A stretch of 52,105 nucleotides of DNA from Candidatus Falkowbacteria bacterium (GCA_903920975.1 CAIXNZ010000023.1:1-52105), one strand, 5' to 3'. Numbered from the stretch's first letter, positions 22,936 through 32,731 are shown. Numbers and translations are program-made. Notes: generated by a model not told the origin, from the letters alone.

Positions 22936-25071
22936 TTATTCTTCTTTTATTTTTTTAGGAGCATTGGGATTTTCCCAAGTGGCATAGTCGCAGTCGGGGT
23001 AACGATTACAGGCAAAAAAGATTTTGCCACGCTTGCTTCTTTTGACCACAACATCGCCCTCGCCGCATTTGGGACATTTTACACCAGTTGGTTTCTGGAT
23101 ATTTTTTGTAAATTTGCATTCTGGATAATTGGAACAAGCCAGGAACTTGCCAAAGCGACCAGTTTTAACTTTAAGAGCATTACCGCACTTGGGGCATTTT
23201 TCATTAGTTTCTTCGGCTGCTGATTCTTCTTTGGTTTCAAAAAGCGGTCGCGTGTTTTTGCATTCTGGATAATTGGAACAGGCTAAGAATTTGCCAAAAC
23301 GGCCCAATTTGATGACCATGGGCGAACCGCATTTATCGCATTTAATATCGGTTTTTTCTTCTGTGATTTCTTTTTTATTAATCTCTTTTTCTTTTTCTTT
23401 CAAAAGTTTGGCAAAAGGATTATAAAATTCAGAGATAACTTTTTGCCATTTCATTTTGCCTTCGGCAATGTCATCTAATTCATTCTCAACTGAAGCTGTA
23501 AAATTTAAGTCCACAATTTGAGGGAAATGTTCAACCAATAAATCAGTGACTATCACGCCGATTTCAGTTGGTCTTAATTTTTTTTCTTCATCTTTGACGA
23601 CATAATTTCTTTCCTGAATTGTGGAAAGTGTCGGCGCATAAGTAGAAGGACGGCCAATGCCATTTTTTTCCAATGCCTTGATTAATGTGGCTTCTGTATA
23701 ACGAGCCGGTGGCTGAGTAAAATGTTGTAATTTGTCCAATTTAATAAGATCTAGTTTGTCGGCCTCTTTTAAGGCAGGTAAAATATTTTCTTTGACAACA
23801 GCTTTATAGATTTTCATAAAGCCGTCAAATTTTACAATAGAGCCCACGGCTTGGAAAGTATAATCATTGGCTTTAATTTCTACGATTGTGGAATCCATAA
23901 TAGCCGGTTGCATTTGGCTGGCCAAAGTTCTTTGCCAGATTAATTTGTACAATCTTAATTGTCTCGGTTCTAAATATGTGGCAAGTTCATCTGGTGTGTG
24001 AAAAATATCAGTCGGCCTGATGGCTTCATGAGCTTCTTGCGCACCCTTAGATTTAGTTTTGTAAATTTTGGCAGACACAGGTAAATAATCTTGTCCAATT
24101 TTATCCTTAATATATGTCCTGATATTTTCCAAGGAAAAACTGGAAAGATTTAATGAGTCAGTTCTCATGTAAGTGATTAAACCAACCGAACCTTCAGAAC
24201 CCAGCTCAATACCTTCATAAAGTCTTTGGGCCAGCATCATGGTCTGTTTGGCAGAAAAGCCAAGTTTTCTGGCAGCTTCTTGCTGTAAAGTACTGGTGGT
24301 AAAAGGAGTGGGAGTGGCTTTTATGGTTTCTTTGCGTTCAATATTTTCTACAACATAATCAGCGTCCTTTAAATTATCTAAAACAGATTGAGCATGCTTT
24401 TCATCTTTGATGCCTAATTTTCCCACTGGCTTGCCATTTTCTTTGTTTAATTGGGCGACAAAATTTTGCTTATCTTTCTCTAAGGTAGCATCAATTGTCC
24501 AATATTCATCTTTTTTAAATTTTTCGATTTCTCTTTCGCGGTCAACGATTATTCGGACAGCTACTGACTGGACACGACCGGCTGAAAGGCCTTTGGTAAC
24601 TTTTTTCCAAAGCAAGGGAGAAAGCTTATAACCAACCAGGCGATCTAAAATTCTGCGTGCCTGTTGCGCATCAATCAGGTTTATATCAAGATGGCGAGGA
24701 TGGGCCAGCGCTTCATCAATGGCTTTTTTGGTTATTTCGTGAAAAGTAATTCTTTCAGAATTTTTATCATCCAAATTTAAAATATTGGCCAAATGCCAGG
24801 CAATGGCTTCGCCTTCACGGTCTTCATCGGTCGCGAGTATGACATTATCAACCTTGGCAGCTAATTTTTCCAGCTTGGAAACGATATTTTTGGCTTTCAG
24901 GGGCACTACATATTTTGGTTCAAAATTATGCTCCACATCAACGCCCAATTCTTTTTGCGGCAAATCGCGCACATGACCGAAAGAGGACTCCACTTTGAAG
25001 TCCTTGCCTAAAAATTTGGTAATGGTTTTTGCCTTAGTTGGCGATTCTACTATGACTAAAGATTTCGTCAT
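22936..25071 (-). CDS. topA: DNA topoisomerase I
   Basis: Toprim start (LVIVESPTKAKTI), active-site region (ITYMRTDS) and three C-terminal C4 zinc-ribbon repeats (CDKCG...C, CPKCG...C, CPKCG...C). Confidence 0.95.
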   Translation of the reverse strand: MTKSLVIVESPTKAKTITKFLGKDFKVESSFGHVRDLPQKELGVDVEHNFEPKYVVPLKAKNIVSKLEKLAAKVDNVILATDEDREGEAIAWHLANILNLDDKNSERITFHEITKKAIDEALAHPRHLDINLIDAQQARRILDRLVGYKLSPLLWKKVTKGLSAGRVQSVAVRIIVDREREIEKFKKDEYWTIDATLEKDKQNFVAQLNKENGKPVGKLGIKDEKHAQSVLDNLKDADYVVENIERKETIKATPTPFTTSTLQQEAARKLGFSAKQTMMLAQRLYEGIELGSEGSVGLITYMRTDSLNLSSFSLENIRTYIKDKIGQDYLPVSAKIYKTKSKGAQEAHEAIRPTDIFHTPDELATYLEPRQLRLYKLIWQRTLASQMQPAIMDSTIVEIKANDYTFQAVGSIVKFDGFMKIYKAVVKENILPALKEADKLDLIKLDKLQHFTQPPARYTEATLIKALEKNGIGRPSTYAPTLSTIQERNYVVKDEEKKLRPTEIGVIVTDLLVEHFPQIVDLNFTASVENELDDIAEGKMKWQKVISEFYNPFAKLLKEKEKEINKKEITEEKTDIKCDKCGSPMVIKLGRFGKFLACSNYPECKNTRPLFETKEESAAEETNEKCPKCGNALKVKTGRFGKFLACSNYPECKFTKNIQKPTGVKCPKCGEGDVVVKRSKRGKIFFACNRYPDCDYATWENPNAPKKIKEE

Positions 25072-25108
25072 TTAATAAAAATTATAGATTAGATACTAAT
25101 TTCTTATA

Positions 25109-25137
25109 TTAATAACAGTAAAAAAAGTTTTTGTCAA
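25109..25137 (-). promoter_or_regulatory. topA promoter
   Basis: On the minus strand: TTGACA, 17-nt spacer, then TATTAA. Confidence 0.45.
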
Positions 25138-25138
25138 A

Positions 25139-26236
25139 TTATATATTTAATGCAATATAATTTTGTCCGCCTAAATTTTTAATTAAACCCTTCATTTCCA
25201 TCAAGCTTAAAGTACTGCTGACAACTGAAGCAGTTAGATTACATTCTTTGATTATTTGATCAATATGCTTGGGATCTTTATCAATATTTTCCATAATAAT
25301 TTTTTCCTCCAGAGTTTGCGGTAAAATCTTTTGATTGGTTACATAATTTTTTACCTCGCGCAAATTTAATTCGTCCAAAATATCCTGATAGCCGGTTACT
25401 AATTTGGCGCCCTTTTGAATTAATTTGTGCGTACCCATGGAATTGCGATTATAAAGAGAACCTGGCACGGCAAAGACTTCACGGTTTTGCTCCAAAGAAC
25501 AATAAGCAGTTATTAAAGCGCCAGAACTTTCAGCTGCTTCAATTACCAATGTTCCTAAAGACAATCCAGCGATTATTCTGTTGCGGGTGGGAAAATTGTG
25601 TTTAAGCGGTAACATGCCAATGGGAAATTCAGTAACAATTGTTCCGTCATTGTCTAAAATGTTTTTGGCCAAAAAGCGGTTGGAGGCAGGATAAATACTT
25701 TGCTGGTCAACTCCACTACCTAAAACTGCAATTGTCTTGCCCTTCACTTCCAGTGCGGCTTGATGGGCAATGGCATCAATTCCCAATGCTAATCCGCTGG
25801 TAATGGTAAAACCATTTTGAGAAAGCGGCTTAACCAATTCCATAGTAATTTGCTGACCATAATTGGAAGCTTTTCTGGTGCCCACAACTGCCAGATTAAA
25901 TTGTTGGTTCAAATTTTCCAAATTGCCCTTTACATATAGTAAAGCCGGCGGGTAAAATATCTCTTGCAAAAGTTTGGGATATTTTTCATCTTTGATTGTG
26001 ATAACTTTAATATTTTCCGCATCAACCTTTCCCAATTCCAAATCAGGATTTATATTTCCGCGGATTAAAATAAATTCCTCGGCAATTTTTTGTTCCAGTC
26101 CGCTTTTTAGCAGTTCATTATATGAGGCGCGCCAAGCAACTTCCATATTGGGGAAATAATTATAAAACCTGGCAAAGCGACTGGCTCCGATTTTGGCAAA
26201 TTGCGAAATAGCGATCCAATATTTTAAATCGTTCAT
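25139..26236 (-). CDS. dprA: DNA processing protein DprA/Smf
   Basis: Rossmann-like core (GLALGIDAIAHQAAL, GTLVIEA...SGALITA) and a C-terminal winged-helix. Confidence 0.9.
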   Translation of the reverse strand: MNDLKYWIAISQFAKIGASRFARFYNYFPNMEVAWRASYNELLKSGLEQKIAEEFILIRGNINPDLELGKVDAENIKVITIKDEKYPKLLQEIFYPPALLYVKGNLENLNQQFNLAVVGTRKASNYGQQITMELVKPLSQNGFTITSGLALGIDAIAHQAALEVKGKTIAVLGSGVDQQSIYPASNRFLAKNILDNDGTIVTEFPIGMLPLKHNFPTRNRIIAGLSLGTLVIEAAESSGALITAYCSLEQNREVFAVPGSLYNRNSMGTHKLIQKGAKLVTGYQDILDELNLREVKNYVTNQKILPQTLEEKIIMENIDKDPKHIDQIIKECNLTASVVSSTLSLMEMKGLIKNLGGQNYIALNI

Positions 26237-26284
26237 ATTAATTTATCAATTATCAATTTTCAATATAACATAGAGCTGGCAATC

Positions 26285-26313
26285 TTGACAAAAGCGTATA
26301 AATTTAGTATGAT
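26285..26313 (+). promoter_or_regulatory. promoter of the structured leader
   Basis: TTGACA, 17-nt spacer, then TATGAT. Confidence 0.55.
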
Positions 26314-26319
26314 GATTTA

Positions 26320-26493
26320 TACAATTAATATTCAGAATTCTATTCGCCAGCCAGGCGAAACGAAACAGATACCCTCCTTTTCTAAAGTAGGAGTAGCCAT
26401 AAGTTAGGATCCAAGCTTTATGCGAAAGATTCTACGCTGGCGGGTAGTGTTCTGGATATTAACAATTGGCCTTAATAAAAAAAGGAGGAAAAA
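26320..26493 (+). promoter_or_regulatory. ~170-nt structured 5' leader (unclassified riboswitch or ncRNA candidate)
   Basis: Long closing helix: aatattcagaattc (26327-26340) with gtgttctggatatt (26447-26460), and cgccagc (26345-26351) with gctggcg (26436-26442). Internal hairpins are present. The leader ends ~30 nt before a strong AAGGAGG RBS. Confidence 0.4.
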
Positions 26494-26781
26494 ATGAAGA
26501 ATGATACAAAGGCTTTTGTAGTAATTTTAGTTTTCTCTACTTTCTTTTCAGTACTCTCTTATCTTGATTACAATGCCAGTACAAGGATAGTTATCATGGG
26601 TTATACTATGGGGGGTACTAGGCGCATTGCTGCAAATGATCGTGACTCGCCACTTCATCCTAAAGAAAAAATGAATATCGTCTATTATACCCGGTCGCAA
26701 GATCGGGTATTTTTATTATTGACGTTATTTAACAATTGTGATAACTTCAAACTAAATTGTACGCTAAAAAAGGAGGGTTAA
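26494..26781 (+). CDS. small hypothetical membrane/secreted protein (95-aa ORF that reads through an internal terminator-like hairpin)
   Basis: Strong RBS (AAAGGAGGAAAAAATG) and an N-terminal TM segment. The terminator-like repeat at 26689-26716 and a promoter-like TTGACG-17-TAACTT (26719-26747) lie inside the ORF, so the real 3' end is uncertain. Confidence 0.4.
   Translation: MKNDTKAFVVILVFSTFFSVLSYLDYNASTRIVIMGYTMGGTRRIAANDRDSPLHPKEKMNIVYYTRSQDRVFLLLTLFNNCDNFKLNCTLKKEG
26689..26716 (+). repeat. copy 1 of a duplicated terminator hairpin
   Basis: acccggtcgcaagatcgggt + atttttat. The 20 nt are identical to those at 26975-26994. Confidence 0.8.
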
Positions 26782-26934
26782 ATGAAAGATAATTGGATTG
26801 CTGCTGCTTATATCATCACGATTATGTTTATCTTTTTTCTTGTATTTAATCGCGTCGCTGATCCCCAATTTTTTGAGGCAATGATATTTGGAGTGCTTAT
26901 CCATGCCGCATGGCTGTCTTTTCCAAAAAAATAA
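26782..26934 (+). CDS. small hypothetical membrane protein (50 aa)
   Basis: Not in the ORF track because it is under 60 aa. AAGGAGGG RBS, with the ATG 1 nt after the upstream stop. Sequence: MKDNWIAAAYIITIMFIFFLVFNRVADPQFFEAMIFGVLIHAAWLSFPKK. Two hydrophobic segments. Confidence 0.45.
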   Translation: MKDNWIAAAYIITIMFIFFLVFNRVADPQFFEAMIFGVLIHAAWLSFPKK

Positions 26935-26974
26935 TACTTTCTCACGATTTGTAAAATCTAAATTGATTAGTAAT

Positions 26975-27000
26975 ACCCGGTCGCAAGATCGGGTTTTTTA
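26975..27000 (+). terminator. copy 2 of the duplicated terminator hairpin
   Basis: acccggtcgcaagatcgggt followed by TTTTT. Confidence 0.75.
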
Positions 27001-27043
27001 TTTAAAAAAAATCGCTTTGTTTCAAAAATTGTTTGAAATAAAA

Positions 27044-27072
27044 GTAGGGACGGGTTTAAAACCCGTCCCTAC
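27044..27072 (-). terminator. pth terminator
   Basis: Near-perfect palindrome gtagggacgggttt a aaacccgtccctac, followed on the minus strand by TTTTATTT. Confidence 0.7.
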
Positions 27073-27089
27073 GTAACGACAAAGCGGTT

Positions 27090-27665
27090 TTAGTTAAATT
27101 TATTTTGGATTTTTTCCAGAGGTTCGTTTTCGCAAAACATTTTAATGGCTTCAATTGTGTCTGGGATTTTTCCTTCCAATATTTCCTCATCTTCTTCACT
27201 GAATTTCTGTAAAACAAATTTGTCAGCTGGCATTATTTCCTTAAGTTCATTAGATATGCCGACTCGTATGCGAATAAAAGTTTTGGTTTTTAGATTTAGA
27301 ATTATTGAATCAATGCCTTTGTGGCCAGCTGAACTGGATTCAGTTGAGATTCTAATCTTGCCAATTGGCAAATCCAAATCATCTTGAATAACAATAATTT
27401 CCTTGGGTTTAATTTTATAGAAAGTTTTAAGAGATTTAACAGCTTGGCCCGATTCATTCATAAAGGTTTGGGGTTTGGCTAAAATAATTTTTTCAGCGCC
27501 AAAAGTGCCAGTGGCAACTTCGGCTTTAAATTTTTTTTCTGCTTTAAATTCTGATAAATCAAAAAGCCCCTGAATCATTAATTCATCAAGCAGGCGCCAG
27601 CCAACATTGTGTCTGGTGTTTTTGTATTCTGGGCCGGGATTTCCTAGTCCGATGATTAATTTCAT
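27090..27665 (-). CDS. pth: peptidyl-tRNA hydrolase
   Basis: LIIGLGNPGPEYKNTRHNVG N-terminal signature. Confidence 0.93.
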   Translation of the reverse strand: MKLIIGLGNPGPEYKNTRHNVGWRLLDELMIQGLFDLSEFKAEKKFKAEVATGTFGAEKIILAKPQTFMNESGQAVKSLKTFYKIKPKEIIVIQDDLDLPIGKIRISTESSSAGHKGIDSIILNLKTKTFIRIRVGISNELKEIMPADKFVLQKFSEEDEEILEGKIPDTIEAIKMFCENEPLEKIQNKFN

Positions 27666-27675
27666 ATATTTTAGA

Positions 27676-29121
27676 TTAGAGCGCGCCCTTTTTTACTTTT
27701 TTCGCACCCCTGCCAATAAATTTTCTAGCTTTTGTTGGTTCTGTCTTGTCGCTTCCTAGTTTAAGATTTACCTTTATCGGGGTGCCAAGGATTTTGAATT
27801 TTGCGCGCAAAGAATTTTCTAAATATCTTAAATATGATGAAGCCAGCACATCTTTTTTTCTGACCTGCACTTCAAATATCGGGGGATTAGTGCGAATTTG
27901 TTTAAAGTTAGTCAGATACGGGTGCAAGAATAGGCGGGAGCTGCTGGGTTTTTGTTTTTTTAAGGCATGCTTTAAAAATTTGCTTAAAGCATTTTTATTT
28001 AACTTGATATGTCTGCCATTATAGACTTCTTCGGCTAAATCCAAAATATCATGGACATGTTTGCCAGTCTTGGCTGATGTAAAGACTATGGGCGCCCATT
28101 TTAAATATGGGAAATTGCGATTAATATAAGCTTTGTACCTGTCGCTAGTTTTGGATTCTTTGGCTTCTATCAGATCCCATTTATTGGCAACCATAATAAT
28201 ACTGACTTGTTCATCAAGGAGCAGTTGGGTTAAACGATTATCCTGGACAGTAATGGGCTGGGAAACATCAATGACCAAAAGGCAGACATCTGAATTTCTG
28301 GAGTTGGCAATGGCTTTGGCCACTGAAGCTTTTTCCAGTTCGCCGCCTTCCTTGGCGTGCTTGCGCATGCCAGCCGTATCAACCAAAGAATAATTCTGGT
28401 CTTTATAAATAAAATTTGTATCAATTGATTCCCTGGTAGTAAAAGGAATCGGCGAGACAATAACTCGCTCTTCTCCTAAAATTGAATTTAATAAAGAAGA
28501 TTTGCCAACATTGGGTTTGCCGATGATGGTGATTCTGATGGCCTTGGGAAATTCATATTTTTTTCCTTTTCTGACTTTTTTCTGCTTTTTTAAGTTCTTG
28601 GTAATTTCATCCAGCAAATCGCCAGTGCCGCCGCCATTTTTGGCCGAGACAAAATTTATTTCTCCCAGGCCAAGCCTATAAAAATCAGCACCTCGTTCAC
28701 GCATTTTAACCGAGTCGGCTTTATTGGCTACTAATAATATAGGTTTTTTAAATTTTTTGACAGCTTGGGCCAAGATACGGTCTTGGGGCATTAAACCGTC
28801 TTGAAGATCAACTAAAAAAAGAATCAAATCCGCTTCGGCTAAGGCGGCCTGAGTTTTTTTAATAATATCCAGGGCAAAATCAATATTTAAATCCGGTGAA
28901 AGCTTTTTTAATTTTTTTGAAGGCACAATTGTATCAATGCCGCCAGTATCAATTAATTCAAAATTATAGCCCTGCCAATAGACAGGACCGACAAGCATAT
29001 CGCGGGTCGTGCCGGCAATTGCAGAGGTAATGGCTTTGGGTCTTTCCAGCAAACGGTTGAAGAGGGTGGATTTTCCCACATTGGCTCGTCCTAAAATAAT
29101 AACTTTTGGTAATTTCATCAT
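27676..29121 (-). CDS. der: ribosome-associated GTPase Der/EngA
   Basis: Two tandem G domains (GRANVGKST, GKPNVGKSS, DTGG/DTAG, NKAD/NKWD) plus a KH-like C-terminus with a basic tail. Confidence 0.93.
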   Translation of the reverse strand: MMKLPKVIILGRANVGKSTLFNRLLERPKAITSAIAGTTRDMLVGPVYWQGYNFELIDTGGIDTIVPSKKLKKLSPDLNIDFALDIIKKTQAALAEADLILFLVDLQDGLMPQDRILAQAVKKFKKPILLVANKADSVKMRERGADFYRLGLGEINFVSAKNGGGTGDLLDEITKNLKKQKKVRKGKKYEFPKAIRITIIGKPNVGKSSLLNSILGEERVIVSPIPFTTRESIDTNFIYKDQNYSLVDTAGMRKHAKEGGELEKASVAKAIANSRNSDVCLLVIDVSQPITVQDNRLTQLLLDEQVSIIMVANKWDLIEAKESKTSDRYKAYINRNFPYLKWAPIVFTSAKTGKHVHDILDLAEEVYNGRHIKLNKNALSKFLKHALKKQKPSSSRLFLHPYLTNFKQIRTNPPIFEVQVRKKDVLASSYLRYLENSLRAKFKILGTPIKVNLKLGSDKTEPTKARKFIGRGAKKVKKGAL

Positions 29122-29125
29122 GTGC

Positions 29126-30502
29126 TTAGTTTAATTTAGATAAAGATGTATCTTGGTCTTGTCCCAAGATAAGAATAAAATCCAATTGGCTGTTTGGATC
29201 AATCTCCAGCCAATCTGGCTTATCCACTGCGACATTGGCATTGAAATTATTTTTCAAATCAGTCAGCGCCTCTGTTTGTTCGCCATTAGTTAAGTCATAA
29301 ATCACTGTTTTGGCAAAATCCTGCTTAACACAATTGCCATATTTAGTTACTTCATAGCCTTTATTCCTTAATTCTATAGTCTTACGATAAGCCAAGCCTT
29401 CAACTTTGGTGCCGTTTTGAATTTCTACCTTAACCCTGTCTTTGGCTTTGATCTCTTGATTTGGTTCAAAAACATATTTTATCATTTGTTGTAATTGATA
29501 ATAAGACATGTCCTTGGGAAAAAGCAGGAAAGCGCCATTAATATTGGTAGCATAAAGAGGGCCAGTCAAACTGTCGTCCAAAACTAAATTAGTAATATTG
29601 GCTTTATCTATTTTTTTTGCCAGTTTGGCCATGCGAAACATTTCCCAGGCATTTATATTTGTGGCCACATGTTCTTTATAAAAACTTAGCAGTGCATTAA
29701 CCTTGCGGTAGCTTAAAAAAGTGGTAAAAGACAAGGCCTGGTCTTTAATAGCGGCCAAAACTTTTTGTTGTCTTTTACTGCGTGCAAAATCAGAGGCTTC
29801 GCCGTTAGAGCCGTGGCGTGAACGAGCATAATTTAAAGCAGTTTGGCCATCCATCTTCTGCCAGCCAGCTTTGAATGAAACTGACTGGTAGCCATAATCA
29901 TCAGTGGGAAATTCATTATCAGTAAATGCGATTTCCACATCAATTTTGACGCCGCCCAATTCATCAATCAATTTAGTAAACCCGTCAAAGTCAACGCGCA
30001 CATAATAATTTATCGGAGCAGCAAAGACTTGGCTAATCACCTGGGTAGCAAAATCTCCGCCTTGTCCCGGATTTTTTTGTTCGCCAAAAGAATTAGCATA
30101 ATTGATCTTGTGCCAGCCATAGCCTGGAATGGGGATAGATAAATCGCGAGGCAAAGAAGTCATGGCAACCTTACCCTCTGATGGTTTTAGCGAAACTAAT
30201 ATGATGGTATCAGTCAAATAAGGACCGGGATGGCCTTCGCCACCCATGCCTAAAAGCAAAATATTTATTCTGTCATCAGATTCTCCTTTGAGCAGTCGAT
30301 CCGGGCTGGCGCTTAAACCGAAAATATTTATTCTTTCCAGGTTATCAACCAGGCTATCTCCGGAAAAAATAATTTGGAAAGTAAAAATTAAGAAAAAAAT
30401 GATAATAAAAATTAACGGGTAAAACAAAATCTTGGCAGATTTCGGCTGGCCAGTTTTTACCTTAGGCAGATGATTTAAAAAATTAATTTTATGTGAAGTC
30501 AT
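29126..30502 (-). CDS. LytR-CpsA-Psr (LCP) family cell-envelope polymer transferase with a C-terminal LytR_C-like extension
   Basis: N-terminal TM segment, then LLLGMGGEGH...LTDTIILVS...SLPRD...RSRH motifs. Confidence 0.85.
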   Translation of the reverse strand: MTSHKINFLNHLPKVKTGQPKSAKILFYPLIFIIIFFLIFTFQIIFSGDSLVDNLERINIFGLSASPDRLLKGESDDRINILLLGMGGEGHPGPYLTDTIILVSLKPSEGKVAMTSLPRDLSIPIPGYGWHKINYANSFGEQKNPGQGGDFATQVISQVFAAPINYYVRVDFDGFTKLIDELGGVKIDVEIAFTDNEFPTDDYGYQSVSFKAGWQKMDGQTALNYARSRHGSNGEASDFARSKRQQKVLAAIKDQALSFTTFLSYRKVNALLSFYKEHVATNINAWEMFRMAKLAKKIDKANITNLVLDDSLTGPLYATNINGAFLLFPKDMSYYQLQQMIKYVFEPNQEIKAKDRVKVEIQNGTKVEGLAYRKTIELRNKGYEVTKYGNCVKQDFAKTVIYDLTNGEQTEALTDLKNNFNANVAVDKPDWLEIDPNSQLDFILILGQDQDTSLSKLN

Positions 30503-30691
30503 TTGGAAATATAAAAATATTTGAAGTAATGATTTTTTACTCCGTACGATTTAATAATTTCTTTCTCCTTATATTAAAGCAAAAAAAACGAAAACTTTCA
30601 AGTAAGTCTGTTATTTGCTTCGCTTGTATTTTTATGGTACAATCTATGTAATCTTATTTTTATAATTCTTAATTTTGATTAAGCTAATTTT

Positions 30692-31321
30692 ATGAAATTT
30701 GGTAAAGATAATAACGATCAATTTGAGTGGAAAACCAGCTCGTCTTATGATTCATTTTTTCGGGCTTTTGGCGAGTTTTTTATTGAGATCATAAAAGTAG
30801 TAATTATTTCTTTGGCCATCATTATTCCTGTCAGATATTTTTTGATTCAGCCTTTTTATGTTAAAGGAGCTTCCATGGAGCCGAATTTTCATGATCATGA
30901 ATATTTAATAATTAATGAAATAGGTTATCGTGTTGAAGAGCCAAAGCGCGGCGAGATTGTGGTTTTTCGCTACCCTAAAGATCCCAGCCAGTATTTTATA
31001 AAAAGAATAATCGGTTTGCCGGGCGAAAAAATAAAAATCAAAGATAATAAAGTTTATATCTATAACGATAAATATCCAAATGGCGTGGCCTTGAATGAAG
31101 AAGTTTATTTGTCAGAAGATACTCAGACTCCTTATTTCGGCAAATCAGAATTTGTGCTGGGTGATAGCGAATATTTTGTGATGGGCGACAATCGCGAGGC
31201 CAGTTTGGATTCGCGCAAATTCGGACCAGTGCCCAGGAGATTAATAGTCGGAAAGGTCTGGGTCAGAGGCTGGCCGTTTGATAAAATAACTATTTTTGGA
31301 CAGCCGCAATATAATTTGTAA
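30692..31321 (+). CDS. lepB: signal peptidase I
   Basis: Catalytic Ser box (GASMEPN), Lys box (KRIIGLPGE) and GDNREASLDSR. Confidence 0.92.
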   Translation: MKFGKDNNDQFEWKTSSSYDSFFRAFGEFFIEIIKVVIISLAIIIPVRYFLIQPFYVKGASMEPNFHDHEYLIINEIGYRVEEPKRGEIVVFRYPKDPSQYFIKRIIGLPGEKIKIKDNKVYIYNDKYPNGVALNEEVYLSEDTQTPYFGKSEFVLGDSEYFVMGDNREASLDSRKFGPVPRRLIVGKVWVRGWPFDKITIFGQPQYNL

Positions 31322-31324
31322 TTT

Positions 31325-32731
31325 ATGGCCAAAGAAAAAAAGAAAAAAAGTTTTAAAAAAAATCTTAAGATTAAAAAAACTAAGTCAGCATTTTTCGGGG
31401 TGAGAAAAGAAGCAGACAAACCCGTAGTTTTGGCTGAGTCAGAAATTGTCAAAACGAGTAAAAAAACACCGCAACTGGTGCGGGGCTTTAAAGATGTTTT
31501 GCCAGCCGAACAAAAATATTTTAAATTTATTACGGACGCGCTGGAAATATTGGCTGTAGATTATGGCTTTGAAAAAATTGATTTGCCGCTTTTGGAAGAA
31601 AGCAATCTTTTTTCCCGAGCCGTGGGCAAGGAAACTGATATTGTGACCAAGGAGATGTTTACTTTTGAAACCCCAGGCGGCGAAAGAGTAAGTTTAAGGC
31701 CAGAAGCGACTGCTTCGGTGGCCAGAGCCTATATTAATCATGGCATGTTAAATTTACCCCAGCCGGTCAAGCTCTATTATAATGGCTTAATGTTTCGATA
31801 TGAACGGCCGCAATCAGGGCGTTATAGACAGTTTAACCAATTTGGTTTTGAGATTTTGGGTGATAAACATCCGGTTTTGGATGCCCAGATGATTATTTTA
31901 TGCCATAACTTTTTCAAAGAAATTGGTTTGCCAGTTAATGTCCAGGTCAATAGCATCGGCTGTAATTCTTGTCGTAAAGAATACAAAGTGCAATTGGTTA
32001 ATTATTATAAAACGCAAAAATCAAATCTTTGTGATGACTGCAAAGAGCGTTTAAATAAAAATCCGCTTCGTCTTTTAGACTGCAAGGAAGAAAAATGCGC
32101 CATTATTAAAGAGGAAGCACCGCAGATTGTTGACTGGCTGTGCGATGACTGTAAAAATCATTTTGTTAAAGTCTTGGAATTTCTAGATGAGGTTGAATTG
32201 CCCTATAATCTAAATTCAAATTTAGTCCGGGGCTTGGATTACTACACTAATACGGTTTTTGAAATCTGGCCAGAGGGTGATGAGAAAAGATCGCAAACCG
32301 CGCTGTGCGGCGGTGGTCGTTACGATAATTTAATTGAGTTATTGGGCGGTAGAAATACGCCGGCCCTGGGAGTTTCCATTGGCATTGAACGCACGATTTT
32401 GAAAATTAAGGAATTAAATTTACCTGTTCCCGAAAGAGCTAAGCGTGATATTTTTGTGGCTCAGCTTGGCGAAGCGCCTAGAAGAAAAAGTTTGGCTCTC
32501 TATGAGTCCTTAAGAAAAGAGGGAATCAAGATTTGCGAAAGCTTTTCCAAGGACGGCCTGAAAAGTCAGCTGGAAATTGCCGGTAAACTAGGTGTCAGAT
32601 TTACCCTTATTCTGGGTCAAAAGGAGCTATCTGAAGGTACAATATTACTGCGCGATATGGAGGCAGGAAGCCAGGAAACAATCAATTTTAATAAGGTTGT
32701 GAAGGAAATCAAAAGAAGATTAGAGCAATAA
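31325..32731 (+). CDS. hisS: histidine--tRNA ligase with a ~48-aa Lys-rich N-terminal extension
   Basis: RGFKDVLP, FRYERPQSGRYRQFNQFGFE (motif 2) and GGGRYDNL (motif 3). The only in-frame ATG is 31325; internal GTG/TTG starts cannot be excluded. Confidence 0.9.
   Translation: MAKEKKKKSFKKNLKIKKTKSAFFGVRKEADKPVVLAESEIVKTSKKTPQLVRGFKDVLPAEQKYFKFITDALEILAVDYGFEKIDLPLLEESNLFSRAVGKETDIVTKEMFTFETPGGERVSLRPEATASVARAYINHGMLNLPQPVKLYYNGLMFRYERPQSGRYRQFNQFGFEILGDKHPVLDAQMIILCHNFFKEIGLPVNVQVNSIGCNSCRKEYKVQLVNYYKTQKSNLCDDCKERLNKNPLRLLDCKEEKCAIIKEEAPQIVDWLCDDCKNHFVKVLEFLDEVELPYNLNSNLVRGLDYYTNTVFEIWPEGDEKRSQTALCGGGRYDNLIELLGGRNTPALGVSIGIERTILKIKELNLPVPERAKRDIFVAQLGEAPRRKSLALYESLRKEGIKICESFSKDGLKSQLEIAGKLGVRFTLILGQKELSEGTILLRDMEAGSQETINFNKVVKEIKRRLEQ

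Noticed and set aside
26385-26400. AGGAGUAGCC resembles the GGGGAGUAGC signature of the yybP-ykoY (Mn2+) riboswitch.
   Set aside because: The partner conserved elements (the GACAUA-type L3 strand and four-way junction register) are not found. Similarity is limited to about 9 nt.
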